Positions 58,015 through 64,000 of a stretch of 64,000 nucleotides of DNA are shown here, piece after piece. The DNA comes from Candidatus Moraniibacteriota bacterium (GTDB taxonomy: Bacteria > Patescibacteriota > Minisyncoccia > Moranbacterales > UBA1568): NCBI GenBank assembly GCA_016699875.1, contig CP064989.1, forward strand, positions 85,380 through 149,379, read 5' to 3'. The position numbers were made by a program, and so were the translations under genes. The notes under the pieces are model-generated. The model worked only from the letters and a program-made list of their open reading frames with translations, had not been told where the DNA came from and made no database searches. Every line of letters starts with the position of its first letter. Position 1 is the stretch's first letter.

Positions 58015-60999
58015 TTACACTTTCTCTTGAACTCGTTCGCGCACGTGCTCAAATATTCGATCGTTTACAAACTTTCGCAATTCAGGATTCTCGTCGAGCT
58101 TTTTATAGAGTTCAAAATGACTATTAAGCATACGCACCAATTCATCATTGAAGAGATGGTCGAATTTGATTTTGGCACTGTCTTTGCTATTGGCGCGAAT
58201 AGTGCCCGACAAATCAGCATTGCCAACTAAACGCTCGCTCAAATCATTCAAAATCACGCGATCGTCCGAATTGAAATTCGTGCCATAACGCTCGTTTATC
58301 TCTTTGACAATCTTTGAAAGTGGGTCAATCTCTTCATGCACCTCCCACTTCGAACCGCCGCTCCCCATCGGTTCAATTTCGCCAGATTCATGTGCGAGTT
58401 TGATTTGTCGCATGCCTTTGTCCTCGACACGATAGAGCTCCATATCCACCGCTTCAAGCACCTCCTTCGGCAACGCATCTTTTTCCCTTGGCAATTTCTT
58501 AATCAAGAACTTGAGGAATATATATAGCTTCTCCAACGCCGGATCTTGAAATGTCACGATCTGCGAGATAAACGCATACTTGCGATTATAATCCGCCGCT
58601 TTTGACTTGAAGTCCATTCGTTCCTCAGCAAGCCAGTCTTTCGCACGCTCCACCACCGCATCCATCGCCGCATTGAGCTGATCAGGGGTCGCGCCCATCA
58701 TGTACATCTCTACAAATCCCTCCATCTCGCAAGTCTCAAACAGTTTGTATCCGAGTACATCGCGTTCAAGATTATATAAGATGTTCGGGTCGGTTGCCTC
58801 GGAGAGTATTGTGGTTGTGTAGTACGGTTGGAACGCTTTCTCTATGTCATCTGTTGTGTTCACAAAATCCAACACAAACACTTCTTCTTTGAGCGGTGGA
58901 TGAATACGGTTCAGTCGCGAGAGTGTCTGTACCGCACTCACGCCGGAAAGCTTCTTGTCGACATACATCGCCATAAGAAGTGGCTGATCAAATCCGGTCT
59001 GGAATTTCTCCGCCACGATCAAGAACTTGTATTCATCCTTGTCAAACTCGTCCGCCGTCTGCTTTTCCGGTACACCGTTCATCTGCGCTTCGGTATACTC
59101 ACGACCATCATCTTTCACCGTACCCGAAAATGCCACCATCGCTTTGTGATCATAGCCTTGCTCCTTGAGGTACTTGTCAAACGCCAGTTTGTACCGAACC
59201 GCATGAAGCCGCGACTTAGTAACAACCATCGCTTTTGCCTTGCCGCCATCTTGCTTCGCGATCTTTTCTTCAAAGTGCCGAACCATGATCTCAGTTTTCT
59301 TGCCGATCGCATGCTCGTGTCGCTCGACATAGCCCACCAGAAGCCGCTCAGCTTTCTTCTTGTCAAATTCCGGGTCATCCTCAACCTTCTTCAGAAGTCC
59401 AAAATACGTTTCGTACGTTGTATAGTTTTTGAGTACATCAAGAATAAAGCGCTCTTCAATCGCTTGCTTCATCGAGTACAGCGAGAACGGGTAAAATTTC
59501 CCATCCACCAGACTCTGCACGCCAAAGAGCTCCAGTGTCTTCTGTTTCGGGGTGGCGGTAAACGCAAAGAAGCTTACGTTCGGCGCCTTCACCTTGCGCG
59601 CCTTCATGCGCTCGACGAGACGATCCTCGACCGTCTTGAACGCCTTTTCTCGATTCTCTTGCTCACGCTCAGCATCTTCAAGCGTCAGCACCTCGCGCAA
59701 ATCAGCGGCCGACTCTCCCGACTGCGAGGAGTGCGCTTCGTCAACGATCACCGCAAAGCGACTGCCCTCGGTTGCATCAATAGACTCGACGATCACCGGA
59801 AACTTCCGCAACGTACTCGTGATGATACGCGTACCCTTCTCAAGTGCCTCACGAAGCTCAATAGAACTCTCCACATGCTTCACAACACCTTTTACCTGAG
59901 AAAAACTCTCGACCGTTTCGGAAAGTTGTCGATCAAGCACACGCCGGTCAGTAACCACTACCACGCCATCGAATACTTTTGTATCATACTCATCGTGCAA
60001 CTCCGACAAACGATGTGCCGCCCATGCGATCGTATTGCTCTTCCCCGATCCCGCACTGTGCTGAATAAGATAGTTGCACCCCGGACCATTCTTCCGCGCA
60101 TCTGCGATCAATCGCCGCACGGTATCAAGCTGGTGATAACGCGGAAAGATGAGTCTATTTTCTTTTGTCTTTTTACCATTCGGCAATTCCTTTTCCTCCC
60201 ACACATCCTGTATAAAACGCGATACAAGATCAAGCACGCTCGACTTGCTCCACACATCCTCCCATAGGTAATGCGTCTTGTATTTCTTATCAGCAGGAGG
60301 ATTGCCTGCGCTCTCTTTGTATCCTTTGTTAAACGGCAAGAAATATGTCTTGAGTCCCGAGAGCTTGGTGCTCATGAGTATCTGTTCGGCATCAACCGCA
60401 AAGTGCGTGAGGCAACGCTTGAATGACAAAAGTTTCTCTTTCGGATCGCGATCGGCCTGATATTGTCGCACGGCATTCAAAACATTTTGCCCCGTGAACT
60501 GATTCTTAAGCTCGGTAGTAAAGAGTGGCAATCCGTTCAAAAACAGCACCATGTCAATCGAGCTCTCATTCTGCTCACTGTATTTGAGCTGGCGCACCAC
60601 GCTCAAAATATTCGCATCAAAATCTTTCTGCGCATCCGGGTTCATGCTCGTCTGCGGCTCGGCATACATAAGCCTGACCGTCACTCCGCGATCTTTCACT
60701 CCCTCTCGAAGCACTTTCAAAAGCCCTTGACTCGCAATCTCTTCATCCACCCGCTCCAAAAATCGCTCTTGCACATCGGCACCATACTGCCCCTCAAGCA
60801 CCTGCCACTCATCCGACTGCGTAGTTCGCACGAACTCCAGCAAAAGTCCGGCATCCATCGCAAGCCGTTTATCATAATGCTCGCGCGGGCTACGAATACG
60901 ATACCCATGCTTCTCCACGAGCTCATGCTCAATGAATTCTTCAAATCCTATTTCTTTGGTGTTTGTTCGTAAATCGGACATAGTACTATGATTTATCAA
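58015..60999 (-). CDS. hsdR: Type I restriction enzyme R subunit
   Basis: N-terminal PD-(D/E)xK (IDMVLFLNGLPLFTTELK), helicase motifs GSGKSNT (Walker A) and VIVDEAHSSQ (DEAH). 994 aa. Confidence 0.9.
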   Translation of the reverse strand: MINHSTMSDLRTNTKEIGFEEFIEHELVEKHGYRIRSPREHYDKRLAMDAGLLLEFVRTTQSDEWQVLEGQYGADVQERFLERVDEEIASQGLLKVLREGVKDRGVTVRLMYAEPQTSMNPDAQKDFDANILSVVRQLKYSEQNESSIDMVLFLNGLPLFTTELKNQFTGQNVLNAVRQYQADRDPKEKLLSFKRCLTHFAVDAEQILMSTKLSGLKTYFLPFNKGYKESAGNPPADKKYKTHYLWEDVWSKSSVLDLVSRFIQDVWEEKELPNGKKTKENRLIFPRYHQLDTVRRLIADARKNGPGCNYLIQHSAGSGKSNTIAWAAHRLSELHDEYDTKVFDGVVVVTDRRVLDRQLSETVESFSQVKGVVKHVESSIELREALEKGTRIITSTLRKFPVIVESIDATEGSRFAVIVDEAHSSQSGESAADLREVLTLEDAEREQENREKAFKTVEDRLVERMKARKVKAPNVSFFAFTATPKQKTLELFGVQSLVDGKFYPFSLYSMKQAIEERFILDVLKNYTTYETYFGLLKKVEDDPEFDKKKAERLLVGYVERHEHAIGKKTEIMVRHFEEKIAKQDGGKAKAMVVTKSRLHAVRYKLAFDKYLKEQGYDHKAMVAFSGTVKDDGREYTEAQMNGVPEKQTADEFDKDEYKFLIVAEKFQTGFDQPLLMAMYVDKKLSGVSAVQTLSRLNRIHPPLKEEVFVLDFVNTTDDIEKAFQPYYTTTILSEATDPNILYNLERDVLGYKLFETCEMEGFVEMYMMGATPDQLNAAMDAVVERAKDWLAEERMDFKSKAADYNRKYAFISQIVTFQDPALEKLYIFLKFLIKKLPREKDALPKEVLEAVDMELYRVEDKGMRQIKLAHESGEIEPMGSGGSKWEVHEEIDPLSKIVKEINERYGTNFNSDDRVILNDLSERLVGNADLSGTIRANSKDSAKIKFDHLFNDELVRMLNSHFELYKKLDENPELRKFVNDRIFEHVRERVQEKV

Positions 61000-61666
61000 G
61001 CTCCGTTAACTCATTGATATGCTTCCAATGTATACTTCGAAAGATACTTGCTGGACCTACTTCAAGAGAAGGCGAATGCGACACCACTCCTACGACCTTT
61101 TGAAAGTTCTTTCTCATCACGATTGGGGCACCACTATATCCTCCCACAATCGGACCCGATATCTGAATTGTTTTAAAACCCGCTCCTTCGTCGTTCACAT
61201 CATTACCTATTACACCTTCTGCATACGAAGGTGAATGTTTTTCATTGAGCAATTGTGTACCAAACGGAAATCCCGCGTAAGCAATCTTTTCACCAACATC
61301 AAGATGTTCGGAACATATCTCGAGACCCTCCAAAACCTCGTGTTCGAGCAACTTAACGTCATCATCATCGTTTGGTTCGATATTAAGAATCGCGAGATCA
61401 TGCTTATAATCCAAAACACTAACAGTCGCTTTCCGATACGGTTTCAAATTTCCCCCAACAACAAGAATGCCTGTAATTTCAATTGGCTGGTTCAGAAGGT
61501 TTTCGACCACATGGGCGCACGTAATAAAGGATCCATTATCGATCCAGAAACCCGTGCCATTAACCTCAAGGCGTGGCGAGTCAAACCCTTTTGCTACAGG
61601 ATTAAATTTTGGTTTGAGAATACCGACCGTACGAACCGCAGACAATAATTTTTGATTTGTAGACAT
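60986..61666 (-). CDS. Cytoplasmic trypsin-like (S1/Trypsin_2) serine protease embedded in the Type I R-M operon
   Basis: Catalytic triad context TCAHVV (His), DLAIL (Asp), GYSGAPIV (GxSGxP Ser). No signal peptide. 14-bp overlap with the hsdR start and a 10-bp gap to hsdS. Confidence 0.7.
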   Translation of the reverse strand: MSTNQKLLSAVRTVGILKPKFNPVAKGFDSPRLEVNGTGFWIDNGSFITCAHVVENLLNQPIEITGILVVGGNLKPYRKATVSVLDYKHDLAILNIEPNDDDDVKLLEHEVLEGLEICSEHLDVGEKIAYAGFPFGTQLLNEKHSPSYAEGVIGNDVNDEGAGFKTIQISGPIVGGYSGAPIVMRKNFQKVVGVVSHSPSLEVGPASIFRSIHWKHINELTELDKS

Positions 61667-61675
61667 ATTTGTGAT

Positions 61676-62923
61676 TTACACCCTCACCTTCCCCGTCACC
61701 ACATGCGAGATGAGGGCGGATTTGAATTCTTGTAATAGGGTTGTCGACTTTTCGACATTGGTCATGATCTGATCAATGAGCATCAGTCTTTCTAAGAGAT
61801 GGCTTACAATTTCTTGTTGCACATCAATAGAGGGGAGTTTCAGTTGGTAGTTCCGTACAAACTTGTCCGAAACTCGTTTTTGTCCTGCCGATCCGCGCAT
61901 CTCAATTTCACCATGCTTTCGAAAGTTATCAGCATAGACAATGTAATATAAGTATTCTGGCAGAATTGACTCATCAGACCGAAGTACCAAGAACTCTGTT
62001 GTGCCAAAACCAAACCCACCATTCAAACCTCTTATCACGGCAGCTTTTCCATTTTCATAGCACGGCGTAATTTTTGCCAAGACCACATCTCCATCTTTGA
62101 AATACGTGAAGCCGTCTTTTACGTCACCGTACTTACGCTCCTGCGACGTCACCACACCAGTTTCTGAAACTGCTTCCATTGGAAGAAAAGCAACGATGTT
62201 ATTTGGATCGAGTTTTGGTACTTCCCGCTTACTTGGATTCACCAATACATGATGTCTTAGTCGAATCGTCTCACCATCCACACTTGTCACCGCGCGGTTG
62301 ATGATGGCGGCGCGTTTTTCGCGCAGAAGCTCGATCTGCTTCTTTTTCTTCTCAATGATCGCGTCGACGAGCGCCGTCTTTTCGTCGAGGTATGCGGCAA
62401 TCTTTTCTCGATCTACTGTCGAGGGTACAGGTATGATAATGCGCTTCATTTCATTTGAACGTGTTGTCCAAAGGTCATCGACAATGCCACGTCCCCATCG
62501 ATAGAACTCATCACCAAAAATTGCGCTTCGTATGAGGTAGTGAAAGTAGCGCGATGTTTCTTCACCACTTCGAGCCTTAAGTACGTGATATACCAAGGAT
62601 ACCGATCCATCATATTCTGACAACCCGGCAGCACCACGCCTGTCCGATCTACCATTTATTGCAATGTCACCTTTCTTCACTCGCTTTCGACTACTTCCTT
62701 CTGCATTAGATTTTGCGGCATTCTCAATTTGCGGTACCACGCCGCCGTACGTCACAGAGAGTGCTTCATAGTCCTCATCACTTACCTTATCGTTACGAAA
62801 ATCAAACTGCGAGTACAGCTTTTTAGCGTCCCACTCAGCAGGCATCTCACCAACCCACTCCGCACCCGAGTTTTTATACTTGGGATAGCGATCGTATTTT
62901 TTTGTCAGCTTCAGCGTTGGCAT
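61676..62923 (-). CDS. hsdS: Type I restriction-modification specificity subunit
   Basis: Two target-recognition domains separated by a conserved central helix (IIEKKKKQIELLREKRAAIINRAVT). Conserved C-terminal helix (LLQEFKSALISHVVTGKVRV). Confidence 0.85.
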   Translation of the reverse strand: MPTLKLTKKYDRYPKYKNSGAEWVGEMPAEWDAKKLYSQFDFRNDKVSDEDYEALSVTYGGVVPQIENAAKSNAEGSSRKRVKKGDIAINGRSDRRGAAGLSEYDGSVSLVYHVLKARSGEETSRYFHYLIRSAIFGDEFYRWGRGIVDDLWTTRSNEMKRIIIPVPSTVDREKIAAYLDEKTALVDAIIEKKKKQIELLREKRAAIINRAVTSVDGETIRLRHHVLVNPSKREVPKLDPNNIVAFLPMEAVSETGVVTSQERKYGDVKDGFTYFKDGDVVLAKITPCYENGKAAVIRGLNGGFGFGTTEFLVLRSDESILPEYLYYIVYADNFRKHGEIEMRGSAGQKRVSDKFVRNYQLKLPSIDVQQEIVSHLLERLMLIDQIMTNVEKSTTLLQEFKSALISHVVTGKVRV

Positions 62924-62924
62924 A

Positions 62925-64000
62925 CTACAACTCCTTCAGAAGATCCAGAAGTTCATTCTCCACCTCTTCGATATCCTTCTCGATCGCTTCAAGCTCGCGC
63001 GGCGGTTCGTATTTGTAGAAGTAGCGCGTGAACGGTATCTCGTAGCCGACCTTGCCGACTTCGTTGTCCTTGTGATCACGGACTGATTCGTTGATCCATG
63101 CATCGGGCACATAGGGTCTCACCTCTTTCTCAAAATACTCATAGATATCTTGATCGAGCGGCACATTCTCGTGATCGCGCAAGTCGCTGTCTGGCTCGGG
63201 GTCGCCGTGCGTGTCTGTGCAGATGTCTGCCGAGTCGCTTCGCTCTGAGAGCGTGTTGAGCACTGCCTTTTTTAGTGGCGTGCCGAGCTTTTTTGGTTTC
63301 AGGTATGACTCGAACACTTCGAGGAACTGCTCGCGATTGGTATAGAGCTCTTTGTATGGGAACGCTTTGAGATACTCAATGAGCGCGGTTTGCTCTGTAG
63401 CTTTGAGTTTTTCGAATACCTTTTCGGTCTTGAGCCTTTCAAGTCGTTCGTCGCTCACCTGGAAGTCGAGCCGCAGCGGTCGCTCGATGGTGATCTGGCG
63501 GTACCCGAAGTCGGTCGTATTGAATATCTTGCTGTATTCTCCATCTTCAAATGCTTCATAGAGATCATGCACACGCTCGCGTGCTTTTTCATCGATATCG
63601 TTACGCTTGTTGCCCAAGCTCTTGCGACGCTTGGTGAAGAATGTACGTGCGTCTATGAGTTGTACTTTGCCTTTGCGTTCGTCACTCTTCCTGTTGGAGA
63701 TAAACCACAGATATGTGTTGATGCCGGTGTTGTAGAAAAGCTGGTCAGGCAGCGCCACGATCGTCTCAAGCAGGTCTTTCTCAAGAAGCCAGCGACGGAT
63801 CTCACTCTCACCACTGCCCGCGTCGCCCGTAAAGAGCGGTGAGCCATTGTGAACAATGCCGATGCGGGAACCGCCGTCTTTGATCGGTTTCATTTTAGAC
63901 ACAAGATGCTGCAAGAACAGAAGTTGCCCGTCGGAAATGCGCGGTGTCCCCGCACCAAATCTCCCCGCATACCCGCGCCGCGCTTCGCGATCGACCGCTT
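62925..64000 (-). CDS. hsdM: Type I restriction-modification methyltransferase subunit (C-terminal ~2/3; N-terminus beyond window end)
   Basis: The frame stays open upstream of the track start to the window end (..GYAGRFGAGTPRISDGQLLFLQHLV..). LFLQH and downstream HsdM C-terminal region. 1-bp gap to hsdS. Confidence 0.8.
   Translation of the reverse strand, partial: AVDREARRGYAGRFGAGTPRISDGQLLFLQHLVSKMKPIKDGGSRIGIVHNGSPLFTGDAGSGESEIRRWLLEKDLLETIVALPDQLFYNTGINTYLWFISNRKSDERKGKVQLIDARTFFTKRRKSLGNKRNDIDEKARERVHDLYEAFEDGEYSKIFNTTDFGYRQITIERPLRLDFQVSDERLERLKTEKVFEKLKATEQTALIEYLKAFPYKELYTNREQFLEVFESYLKPKKLGTPLKKAVLNTLSERSDSADICTDTHGDPEPDSDLRDHENVPLDQDIYEYFEKEVRPYVPDAWINESVRDHKDNEVGKVGYEIPFTRYFYKYEPPRELEAIEKDIEEVENELLDLLKEL

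Noticed and set aside
58828-60267. 479-aa +strand ORF
   Set aside because: Antisense to hsdR (DEAH helicase motifs on the minus strand). Leu/Arg/Phe-rich with no motifs.
1-64000. CRISPR arrays, rRNA, integrases/transposases
   Set aside because: No regularly spaced direct repeats, rRNA-like conserved blocks or recombinase motifs were seen in the translations or sequence.

Overview
This 64-kb window reads like a bacterial chromosome with dense, frequently overlapping genes (many ATGA start/stop overlaps). The gene content and N-terminally extended ribosomal proteins are compatible with an uncultivated, possibly Patescibacteria/CPR-like lineage. That taxonomic placement is inference and low confidence. 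The window contains five blocks.

(1) A partial DUF218/YdcF-like gene (minus strand, runs off the window start) and a cysteine-rich hypothetical gene.

(2) A roughly 23-kb surface-glycan locus at about 1.5-25 kb. It holds a giant GH94-family phosphorylase, a GT2 + DUF2304 + GT-C module, and five GT4 glycosyltransferases. It also holds two tandem CgeB-like paralogs, three SAM methyltransferases, a Wzx-like flippase and gmd/fcl (GDP-fucose). An AsnB-like amidotransferase, an NAD-dependent sugar-nucleotide epimerase and several polytopic membrane proteins complete it.

(3) Housekeeping genes: M23 peptidase, gltX, a GT26-GNAT fusion gene carrying a 4x heptanucleotide repeat, thpR, dnaJ, mltG, yjbQ, trxA, a ferritin-like protein, lepA, murJ, a large membrane protein, GT4, galU, glyA. 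The alpha-operon tail is rpsI-rplM-rplQ-rpoA-rpsD-rpsK-rpsM-rpmJ-infA, where rpmJ is absent from the ORF track.

(4) A three-gene insert between dnaJ and mltG that I read as a candidate defense module. The order is dcm (C5-cytosine methyltransferase), a MORC-like GHKL ATPase with a C-terminal R-x4-H (HEPN-like) tail, then vsr.

(5) At the 3' end, a Type I restriction-modification operon: hsdM (partial), hsdS, an embedded cytoplasmic trypsin-like serine protease, and hsdR. This mirrors the prr locus architecture, with a protease in the PrrC slot. This is the strongest candidate for an undescribed defense arrangement in the window.

No rRNA, tRNA or CRISPR arrays were recognised. Many long antisense ORFs in the track are rejected as shadows of real genes.
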